Both the position numbers and the translations under genes were made by a program. Positions 49,197 to 54,888 of a stretch of DNA of 54,888 nucleotides are shown one piece after another. The notes beneath the pieces were generated by a model. That model was not told where the DNA came from, made no database searches, and was given only the letters and a program-made list of their open reading frames with translations. The DNA is from a virus (taxonomy: Duplodnaviria > Caudoviricetes), in the IMG/VR virus record IMGVR_UViG_3300008110_000120, positions 1 through 54,888 of that record, one strand, 5' to 3'. Numbering within the stretch: the first letter of the stretch is position 1; every line of letters begins with the position of its first letter.

Positions 49197-49598
49197 TTAT
49201 CTTGTTGCCTCTAATATGAAGGTATATTCTTGTGTGGGGAATTCTTGTCCTATAATATCAAAATATATAGTAACTTCAAACTCATTTATGTTTGGTCTTG
49301 GATCAACCAATATCCTAAGATTATTTACCCTAGGTTCAAAATTTTTAATTGTATTGGTAATTTGTTTTTCAATTATAGATGCAGTTGCATAGTCTACAAA
49401 ATTAAACAATGAACTTCTTACATCACATCCAATAACTGAATTAAAAAATCTTTCAGTTGGAATAGTTTCGACGAGATTTCTTACAGATCTTCGAATTGCG
49501 GATTCGTTTTTAAGAATTTGTAGATCTTTCGTAATAGGATGGGGCACAAAAGATAAACTAATATCTTTAAATGCCCTCGATATCCTTTTGACTGCCAT
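49197..49598 (-). CDS. g25: Baseplate wedge subunit gp25
   Basis: FKDISLSF..HP, AIRRSVRNLV, ERFF, NFEPRV; late promoter TATAAATA at 49622-49629. Confidence 0.93.
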   Translation of the reverse strand: MAVKRISRAFKDISLSFVPHPITKDLQILKNESAIRRSVRNLVETIPTERFFNSVIGCDVRSSLFNFVDYATASIIEKQITNTIKNFEPRVNNLRILVDPRPNINEFEVTIYFDIIGQEFPTQEYTFILEATR

Positions 49599-49630
49599 GT
49601 AGAACAAAAATATTCTTGATTTATTTATAA

Positions 49631-49873
49631 TTACTTCCAGGATGATCCGTAAGTTGGTTCAGTTCCATAACCCCAATCATCATAGTCTTCATCATTACGA
49701 ATTTTTTCATGAAGTTCAACCTGTTTTTTGAAATCATGACGAGGTGCAGTATCGTGCATAATCTCTTGAATTACTCTTTTTGGTGATGATGCATCATAAT
49801 CAGTAATTAATTTTTGTGTACCCCACATTTCTCTCATATAATTTGAATTTCTATCTACTGGTAAATTAGACAT
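49631..49873 (-). CDS. Conserved hypothetical protein (80 aa)
   Basis: AGGAG Shine-Dalgarno upstream; MWGT..LITD motif. Confidence 0.75.
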   Translation of the reverse strand: MSNLPVDRNSNYMREMWGTQKLITDYDASSPKRVIQEIMHDTAPRHDFKKQVELHEKIRNDEDYDDWGYGTEPTYGSSWK

Positions 49874-49876
49874 TTT

Positions 49877-49943
49877 AGCTCCTGTTTTAATGAATAAAAC
49901 AGAACTTTTATAAAGGAGGTTGCTATCTCCTTGTTTCTATTTA
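49877..49943 (-). promoter_or_regulatory. Late-type promoter plus two-hairpin leader occluding the SD of 49631..49873
   Basis: TAAATA (49938-49943); AAGGAG..CTCCTT hairpin (49913-49932); AGTTCTGTTTTA-TTCAT-TAAAACAGGAGCT hairpin (49877-49906). Confidence 0.6.
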
Positions 49944-50294
49944 ACGATTAACCTCACGAAGAGAATAAAAATCCGAATTTAAATATTTTAATATTTCCAA
50001 TGCAATTAAACGTGGATTTCCTTCCCCACAAGTATAAACATCTACTGCCAGACATCCATTTTCTGGCCAAGTATGACACGAAACATGACTTTCTGCAAGT
50101 GAAATAACAATGGTACATCCCTGAGGAATGAAACAATGTGCAAAAATGTTTAAAATTGTCATTTTTGCGCGGGCAATTCCCCTGATCATGACTTCTTGAA
50201 GCGCCTCTGCGTCATTAATTAGGGTAAAATCAACATCATACACCTCTAAAAGAAGATGTTTACCCATTGAAAATTGTTCCAAGTCGGTTTTCAC
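49941..50294 (-). CDS. speD: Pyruvoyl-dependent S-adenosylmethionine decarboxylase-like proenzyme
   Basis: GKHLL, FIPQGCT, LAESHVSCHTWPE (E-S self-cleavage site), DVYTCG. Confidence 0.92.
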   Translation of the reverse strand: MKTDLEQFSMGKHLLLEVYDVDFTLINDAEALQEVMIRGIARAKMTILNIFAHCFIPQGCTIVISLAESHVSCHTWPENGCLAVDVYTCGEGNPRLIALEILKYLNSDFYSLREVNR

Positions 50295-50305
50295 TAAAAA
50301 ATTAT

Positions 50306-50896
50306 TTATTTTATAAAAAATCCTTTTCTTTTGTAATCACAATCTTTAATAAAATTTGCATTTTCGGTATAATTATCGTCCCAGACTGGTATTGCAACTG
50401 AATTATTGTATCTAAAGTCAGGATTTCTGCGAAAATGGACTTCAATTAGGTGTCCATTGATGAATTCACAGTTAATCCACTCATAATTACCCTTTAATTT
50501 TTTTAAAATTTCGGGAAAATCAACCTTTTTTTCTATTTTTTCCCATTTTTTCCATTTATAGTAAGGATCATTAGAATTTTTGGTTCCTAAAACAACCAAA
50601 TCAACCTCTTGATGATGAAAATCGACACTTAAGTGATCACCCTCAAAGATTTCACACCAAAATTCGGCAGGGTGCATGTCATCTGTACTGCTTTCAATCC
50701 ATTCTTTACGAGCCAGACGCCCCATTCCTAGTAAATTAAAAGATGGACGTACAATATAAAAGTCGGGATTAGGAACCGTGGTCCCGGAAGGACCACATGT
50801 ATAACCTAAAACCCGACTTAAAAATAATTTATTGTATATCCAAAGATCATCGGAGTGTATATGATTCCATTCATCATTACAGTCCAGATGATACAT
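50306..50896 (-). CDS. Hypothetical protein, possible ATP-grasp fold
   Basis: YIVRP..NLLGMG, FWCEIFEG.HLSVD, INCEFING.LIEVHFR pattern resembles ATP-grasp motifs. Confidence 0.6.
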   Translation of the reverse strand: MYHLDCNDEWNHIHSDDLWIYNKLFLSRVLGYTCGPSGTTVPNPDFYIVRPSFNLLGMGRLARKEWIESSTDDMHPAEFWCEIFEGDHLSVDFHHQEVDLVVLGTKNSNDPYYKWKKWEKIEKKVDFPEILKKLKGNYEWINCEFINGHLIEVHFRRNPDFRYNNSVAIPVWDDNYTENANFIKDCDYKRKGFFIK

Positions 50897-51048
50897 TACC
50901 TTTTTCCTTGTCCTCTGTATTTCTTTCTAGCCCCATTGCGAGACGAGGCGGAATACTTTGTTCCACTGCCCGCACCTTGCCTAGACTTCTTGGGAGCTCC
51001 TGGAGTATAAGAAGTCTTACTACTCAGACTAGTTTTTACTTTCGCCAT
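50896..51048 (-). CDS. Small basic protein (50 aa, KKYRGQG)
   Basis: Not in ORF track. MAKVKTSLSSKTSYTPGAPKKSRQGAGSGTKYSASSRNGARKKYRGQGKR; GGAG SD; TAATG-coupled to the next gene. Confidence 0.8.
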   Translation of the reverse strand: MAKVKTSLSSKTSYTPGAPKKSRQGAGSGTKYSASSRNGARKKYRGQGKR

Positions 51049-51241
51049 TTTTTAATTCTCCAATAATTTCAGTTTCTATATTCTCCGGAAGAGGTAATCC
51101 GGTCTGATAATACTCGACTGCAAGGTCTTCCATAACATCAAAGTACTCTTGTTCTGAAAGGGCAGTGTAAATTCTCCGCCCATTGCAGATGATGTTGTAT
51201 TTGGAAATCTGTATTTGATTGCTAGTCAATTGTTGTGACAT
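51029..51241 (-). CDS. Conserved hypothetical protein
   Basis: Start chosen at ATG 51241 (TGATG coupling); LSEQEYFDVMEDLA..YY.TG.P motif. Confidence 0.75.
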   Translation of the reverse strand: MSQQLTSNQIQISKYNIICNGRRIYTALSEQEYFDVMEDLAVEYYQTGLPLPENIETEIIGELKNGESKN

Positions 51242-51999
51242 CAGATGACTCTTGTTTTTTCGTGACCGACTCGTACCCGAGGGTCGCACCAAATTTCAAA
51301 TCCTGCTTCAATTGCATCTAGACAGAATGATACATCTTCCCCACACATATCCTGCACTTCTCCGGATTCGAAGACCTGCATTTTAGGTGCGAACCAGGGG
51401 TACTTCATATTTTCGTTTTCGAAGACTCCATTCTTAATCAGAAGCCAACCGAATCCGGTATAATCAACTGTGAAGGGCTTCTTTCTCTTTGCCATGGTTT
51501 CCAGAGTTTCATGATTCATGACTCCACCATTATTTCTAAAGTCATTCTCTTCCAACCAGTGTGCAACTGATGTTGTCATACCATCTTCTGTACAGTACCA
51601 ACCAGCTGCAATATCTTTTTCCATCAGAACTAGTTGAAGAAATTTTTCGGTATTGAAGACAATATCCGAATCAATCCAAAGTTGCCAATCATAATTTAAT
51701 TTACCGTCCCAGGGCAATTGGTCCGGACCTCTTAAAACATTTGCACCCAGACACTTGCATCTGGCAAAATTAACCATGGAAGAATAGTCTTGAGAAATTT
51801 GAATGCTTGCACCTGCCTGTACAATATCAAAACATAACTGAACAAAACTCTTTAGGTAGGTATAGGAGACTCCTCTTCCAGGAAGACAAAAGACGATGCT
51901 CTTGCCTCTGATCATTTCCTTTGCTCTATTGTAATCCCACTCCTCAACATCTTTTGTTGTGGTGGGGTTCTTTGCTTTTACAGTAAATCCTTTAGACAT
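51241..51999 (-). CDS. GT-A (family 2-like) glycosyltransferase-like protein
   Basis: LWIDSD DxD motif, GFGWLLIK, GEDVSFC, RVGHEK. Confidence 0.8.
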   Translation of the reverse strand: MSKGFTVKAKNPTTTKDVEEWDYNRAKEMIRGKSIVFCLPGRGVSYTYLKSFVQLCFDIVQAGASIQISQDYSSMVNFARCKCLGANVLRGPDQLPWDGKLNYDWQLWIDSDIVFNTEKFLQLVLMEKDIAAGWYCTEDGMTTSVAHWLEENDFRNNGGVMNHETLETMAKRKKPFTVDYTGFGWLLIKNGVFENENMKYPWFAPKMQVFESGEVQDMCGEDVSFCLDAIEAGFEIWCDPRVRVGHEKTRVI

Positions 52000-52048
52000 A
52001 AAATTAATGGTTTTTATTTCATAATCATACAGTATTATATAGAATTTG

Positions 52049-52240
52049 TCAATGAGATGAATTGAAACTCAAATCTTTGCTGAAGAGTACTTTTTCATAA
52101 CTTATGTCATGTTTTTCGACTCCACCAATTACACTGATTAAATTGTTCAGTGTGCTCCAGGTTTGGTGAAATTCCTCTTCTGATAGAGAGTGATAGATGC
52201 AATTATTTTTGTGATAGACATGATATCTTATTTCACTCAT
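52049..52240 (-). CDS. Conserved hypothetical protein (63 aa)
   Basis: YHVY.K..CIYHSLSEEEF...W; weakly similar to 51029..51241. Confidence 0.7.
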   Translation of the reverse strand: MSEIRYHVYHKNNCIYHSLSEEEFHQTWSTLNNLISVIGGVEKHDISYEKVLFSKDLSFNSSH

Positions 52241-52409
52241 ATTTGTGCTCTCTCAATATAAGTTCGTTTCCTTCAACGGTAAAATTAATCGGAGTTTCTT
52301 CGTACCAACTGATTTCATTGACGATCCACTCTGGAATAATAACATGATATTCTCCCGTAATTGGATCGACTTCTATGAACTTAATTTCTTCGCCGGATTT
52401 TTTTTTCAT
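52233..52409 (-). CDS. AbrB/MazE-like small DNA-binding protein
   Basis: Not in ORF track. MKKKSGEEIKFIEVDPITGEYHVIIPEWIVNEISWYEETPINFTVEGNELILREHKYE fits a swapped-hairpin pattern (vxIP..i...lgw....i.f..eg..l.l). Confidence 0.7.
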   Translation of the reverse strand: MKKKSGEEIKFIEVDPITGEYHVIIPEWIVNEISWYEETPINFTVEGNELILREHKYE

Positions 52410-52603
52410 ATTCGTTATATAAAATCTTTTTTTTCTTTTTTATATAGCGAAATTTTTTTTTATGTGAGTGTTATATTTAACTCGCTTCCGTAACACTTTG
52501 TAGGTTAGGGTAGTTATGCGTTTTTATAACCGCGCCCCGCCGGGGACATAACAAACGCCCCCCAATTAACTGCTGATTCACGAACGAAGGCACTGGGGCA
52601 GGG

Positions 52604-52777
52604 TCACCCCCGCACTTCGTCAGAATGAACCTCAGCGAACTGTGCCGCCCATACGGTGGCAGGGATGCCCACGGGGTAAACCATAGCGGGATTCTCATTC
52701 CAGGCGCTGCCGTCGTTACGGTAGGAGACCCACACGGTCTGGCGGTCCTTGAGGCGGGTGGCAGGGGAGAGGCGCAT
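52604..52777 (-). CDS. Early hypothetical protein (57 aa)
   Basis: True start taken at ATG 52777, downstream of the TGCTACAAT -10 repeat. Confidence 0.7.
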   Translation of the reverse strand: MRLSPATRLKDRQTVWVSYRNDGSAWNENPAMVYPVGIPATVWAAQFAEVHSDEVRG

Positions 52778-52779
52778 CG

Positions 52780-52822
52780 GAGGCGGTTGGTTGAACTGGG
52801 TTAATTGTAGCACGTAACGGGG
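52780..52822 (-). repeat. Promoter repeat type A, copy 1 (extended -10 TGcTACAAT + C/A-rich leader)
   Basis: 52780-52815 is identical to 53017-53052 (36 bp); 52804-52822 is identical to 53253-53271 (19 bp). Confidence 0.9.
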
Positions 52823-52831
52823 CAGGGGGGG

Positions 52832-53014
52832 TCAATCCCCCATCGCTTCCTTCAATGCCTCAAACGCTGCCATCCAATGGGCGGCGTCGGCGTGTTTGCC
52901 AGCAAGGCGCTCATCCACGGCAAAGCACAGCACGGCGGTTCGGATGGTGCCCCAAGTCCCGTCGGGCAGGGTGAGGGTGGTAAGGTTCTCAGCGTTCCAG
53001 GGGGAGGCGGTCAT
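52832..53014 (-). CDS. Early hypothetical protein (60 aa)
   Basis: ATG 53014 follows repeat A copy 2. Confidence 0.7.
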   Translation of the reverse strand: MTASPWNAENLTTLTLPDGTWGTIRTAVLCFAVDERLAGKHADAAHWMAAFEALKEAMGD

Positions 53015-53016
53015 GA

Positions 53017-53052
53017 GAGGCGGTTGGTTGAACTGGGTTAATTGTAGCACGT
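53017..53052 (-). repeat. Promoter repeat type A, copy 2
   Basis: Identical to 52780-52815. Confidence 0.9.
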
Positions 53053-53064
53053 CGGGGGGCGGGG

Positions 53065-53229
53065 TCAGACCATATGGTCCGCCAGACCCCAGTTAATCAC
53101 AATCAGGTCGGGGTTCAGGCGAGCGCAGGTGTCCCATGCCTGCTGGGCGGTTTCTGCCATGTAGGACAGGGTGACCTGCCGACGCTGGCGAGTGTGGAAA
53201 CCGGTGAACAGGAAACTGGATTCGGTCAT
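53065..53229 (-). CDS. Early hypothetical protein (54 aa)
   Basis: ATG 53229 follows repeat A copy 3. Confidence 0.7.
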   Translation of the reverse strand: MTESSFLFTGFHTRQRRQVTLSYMAETAQQAWDTCARLNPDLIVINWGLADHMV

Positions 53230-53252
53230 GGGGGGGGGTGTCGGTTGAGAGT

Positions 53253-53271
53253 ATTGTAGCACGTAACGGGG
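53253..53271 (-). repeat. Promoter repeat type A, copy 3 (partial)
   Basis: ATTGTAGCACGTAACGGGG shared with copy 1. Confidence 0.85.
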
Positions 53272-53273
53272 GG

Positions 53274-53435
53274 TCAGCGCCCGTCAGTGTAGTCTCCGAT
53301 GATGACCCCGTTGCAGCGGACCTGAGCGTACCCGTACTCTTCAGACAGATCCAGGCAGAGGTCCCATGCACGGTCGGCATCGGTGGTAGTGTTCTCCCAG
53401 GGAGCGGCGGGGCAGATCACGTCAAGGCGGGTCAT
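53274..53435 (-). CDS. Early hypothetical protein (53 aa)
   Basis: Not in ORF track. MTRLDVICPAAPWENTTTDADRAWDLCLDLSEEYGYAQVRCNGVIIGDYTDGR. Confidence 0.75.
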   Translation of the reverse strand: MTRLDVICPAAPWENTTTDADRAWDLCLDLSEEYGYAQVRCNGVIIGDYTDGR

Positions 53436-53460
53436 TTGGTTCGTTTGCTTTGGTTCCCTT

Positions 53461-53523
53461 AGTATAGGGGGTCAGAACCCCCCCAAGCGGAAACCCTGTG
53501 CCAGTGGTTTGACTGGCACAGGG
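53461..53523 (-). promoter_or_regulatory. Early promoter cassette: 12-bp-arm palindrome, G/C hairpin, TATACT -10
   Basis: CCCTGTGCCAGT-N6-ACTGGCACAGGG (53494-53523); -10 at 53461-53466. Confidence 0.8.
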
Positions 53524-53540
53524 CAGAGGGCAGTTATCTA

Positions 53541-53690
53541 TTAGAATTGAATTTCACTCAGAGTAGGAGCAGCAGCGGAATCAGAACCGCCACTGTCAGA
53601 AACCCCATCAGCAATTGAATCAAGAATTTGGAGAATTTGCTCACCATTGGAACCTTGGCGAAGGAGTGAGAGAATGACATCGCGGGACAT
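53541..53690 (-). CDS. Early hypothetical protein (49 aa)
   Basis: MSRDVILSLLRQGSNGEQILQILDSIADG...; start chosen after the CAA-ATG leader. Confidence 0.7.
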   Translation of the reverse strand: MSRDVILSLLRQGSNGEQILQILDSIADGVSDSGGSDSAAAPTLSEIQF

Positions 53691-53716
53691 TTGAGTATAC
53701 ATTAGAGAGTGTAATT

Positions 53717-53746
53717 TGGTGGGTTTAAAGTCATCACCAGGACTCC
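53717..53746 (-). ncRNA. Putative H-type pseudoknot in an intergenic leader
   Basis: GGAGTC-C-TGGTG-AT-GACTTT-AAACC-CACCA: stem 1 GGAGTC/GACTTT, stem 2 TGGTG/CACCA. Confidence 0.5.
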
Positions 53747-53749
53747 AAT

Positions 53750-53911
53750 TCATCGACCCATTGGCATATGCAGCAGGCGGAAGTCATCCTCTATCCATGA
53801 GAAATAAACCCAGATTTTGTCAACGAATTTTGTAGTCTTCTTCAGGTAATATTTGTCGGAGGGTGAGAGTTTGCGGTAAACTTTGCCGTTGCTGATGTGA
53901 ATCGTTTTCAT
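53750..53911 (-). CDS. Early hypothetical protein (53 aa)
   Basis: Not in ORF track. MKTIHISNGKVYRKLSPSDKYYLKKTTKFVDKIWVYFSWIEDDFRLLHMPMGR. Confidence 0.6.
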   Translation of the reverse strand: MKTIHISNGKVYRKLSPSDKYYLKKTTKFVDKIWVYFSWIEDDFRLLHMPMGR

Positions 53912-53937
53912 TGGAGTTTGTGATGAGTGAGTTAGAT

Positions 53938-54198
53938 TCAGAAGTCGAAAACGTCGCCGTTGATTTCTGCGCGATTGACTTTAGGGTCGTTCCACTTCAC
54001 ACCGTCAGGGGTTTCTTTGGTGCCGAATTCATAGAACATTTCCAGCAGTTCTTCATAGCAGCAGATGTCATTTTGATCAATCAATTCTTGAATGCCTTCA
54101 TCATTCTGAATCCACAGAACCACGTTCCAGGTTTCATAATTCGTCCAACCGTTGTAGGTTGTATCGGTGAGGCAAGTCTGGTAGGTTGCGGTTGCCAT
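53938..54198 (-). CDS. Early hypothetical protein (YNGWTNYETW family)
   Basis: ATG 54198 follows repeat B; YNGWTNYETWNV.LWI.ND and TPDGV.W motifs are common in phage early proteins. Confidence 0.8.
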   Translation of the reverse strand: MATATYQTCLTDTTYNGWTNYETWNVVLWIQNDEGIQELIDQNDICCYEELLEMFYEFGTKETPDGVKWNDPKVNRAEINGDVFDF

Positions 54199-54283
54199 TT
54201 GGTTGGGTTGCTTGGTATGAATCAATTATAAGGGGTGGAAGTGCCGTTCTGGGGGAACCTTGTGCCAGTTCCCCAAGTGGCAA
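54196..54283 (-). promoter_or_regulatory. Early promoter cassette, repeat type B copy 1
   Basis: 54196-54238 matches 54518-54560 at 40/43 nt; TATAAT at 54225-54230; TGTGCCAGT-N6-AGTGGCAA at 54261-54283. Confidence 0.85.
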
Positions 54284-54520
54284 TTAGCAACCCATCCGCT
54301 GGCAAAGTGCCTCCAAATTCTTCTCAACTTGATCGCTGAAAAGGGATTCTTGAATGACCTCCCGAATCTTCAGCAGAGCATAATCATATCCTTCATCATT
54401 CGTCAATTGATTCTGATACTTTTCAGCAGTGGAGTAGCAGTCAAACAGACGCATAGAATCAAAGTTTTCGCCTTCATAATCCCAACCACCAATCACGGCA
54501 TAAACTTTGGAGATTTGCAT
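54284..54520 (-). CDS. Early hypothetical protein (78 aa, GWDYEGE motif)
   Basis: ATG 54520 follows repeat B copy 2. Confidence 0.75.
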   Translation of the reverse strand: MQISKVYAVIGGWDYEGENFDSMRLFDCYSTAEKYQNQLTNDEGYDYALLKIREVIQESLFSDQVEKNLEALCQRMGC

Positions 54521-54607
54521 TTGCTTGGGTTGCGTGGTATGAATCAATTATAGGGGGTGGGAGGGGGCATCCGGTGCCCCCCTTGTGCCACTTGTCAGAC
54601 TGTCACA
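54518..54607 (-). promoter_or_regulatory. Early promoter cassette, repeat type B copy 2
   Basis: TATAAT at 54547-54552; GGGGGCA/TGCCCCC hairpin; TGTGCCACT-N6-ACTGTCACA at 54584-54607. Confidence 0.85.
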
Positions 54608-54776
54608 CCTCCAACAGTTCGGGATAGTATTCTTGACATTCAGAGATCAATTCTTCATCAGAAAACTTAGCATAGCCCTCATCCAGGTAATCATAACAAA
54701 GTTGAGTCATTGTCTTTAGGTCCATGTCATCCAACATCTGCTGAATGAGTTGGTCTTGAAGTTCAGTGCGGTTCAT
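54603..54776 (-). CDS. Early acidic hypothetical protein (57 aa)
   Basis: Not in ORF track. MNRTELQDQLIQQMLDDMDLKTMTQLCYDYLDEGYAKFSDEELISECQEYYPELLEV. Confidence 0.75.
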   Translation of the reverse strand: MNRTELQDQLIQQMLDDMDLKTMTQLCYDYLDEGYAKFSDEELISECQEYYPELLEV

Positions 54777-54888
54777 TCATCGTCTCCAAAGTTGTTCATA
54801 AGAAAGTCCTCAAGTTCAATCAGTTTGCTCTCACTGAGAGAGACAATGTACTCATCAACGATAGTAGCGAGCAGGTCAGGATGTTGGC
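54773..54888 (-). CDS. 3' end of a hypothetical protein (starts outside window)
   Basis: ...QHPDLLATIVDEYIVSLSESKLIELEDFLMNNFGDDE*; ATGA-coupled to the next ORF. Confidence 0.65.
   Translation of the reverse strand, partial: QHPDLLATIVDEYIVSLSESKLIELEDFLMNNFGDDE

Noticed and set aside
52780-53271. 36-bp direct repeats as a CRISPR array
   Set aside because: Intervening segments are ~200 bp ORFs, the repeats contain a -10 box, and there are no cas genes.
53717-53746. Hammerhead ribozyme (TGATGA)
   Set aside because: Lacks the CUGAUGA...GAAA core and three-stem arrangement.
52604-54547. Shared N-terminal peptides MLQLTQFNQPP and MIHTxQPxQ in the ORF track
   Set aside because: They are translations of the repeated promoter/leader from GTG or TTG; the real starts are the downstream ATGs.
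28-54553. All plus-strand ORFs in the track (e.g. 2886..3398, 11112..11408, 23552..23935, 53911..54231)
   Set aside because: Antisense shadows of well-supported minus-strand genes, with no recognisable motifs.
53497-54607. TGGCAC as a sigma54 -24 box
   Set aside because: No TTGC -12 element at the right spacing; sigma70 -10 boxes are present; cyanobacteria lack sigma54.

Overview
Segment of a T4-like (Kyanoviridae-type) cyanomyovirus genome; the host is inferred to be a picocyanobacterium, probably freshwater. Every credible gene is on the minus strand. In transcription order (right to left) it contains: (1) an array of tiny early ORFs, each with its own repeated promoter cassette, partly very GC-rich (52.6-54.9 kb); (2) a noncoding AT/GC boundary; (3) small conserved genes plus glycosyltransferase-like, ATP-grasp-like and speD genes; (4) baseplate genes g25, g6, g7-like (3992 aa), g8 and VrlC-like (2375 aa); (5) g13-g16, probable head-internal proteins, g17-g23; (6) g3, uvsY, uvsW, g55, g47, g46; (7) a UDP-glucose dehydrogenase-like gene and the 5' end of an HEXXH peptidase/CobT-like gene. 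Several real small ORFs are missing from the supplied ORF track and were translated by hand. Best leads: ORFs carrying a T4-type capsid-targeting sequence plus an apparent protease-cleaved polyprotein; a small basic ORF whose terminator lies before its stop codon (ArfA-like non-stop logic); a palindrome/hairpin/-10 promoter cassette array; a leader pseudoknot; back-to-back promoters at g55; and two apparent deletions hitting g3 and g20. No tRNA, rRNA, CRISPR, intron or intein was recognised. All homology calls rest on motif recognition and synteny, not database searches.
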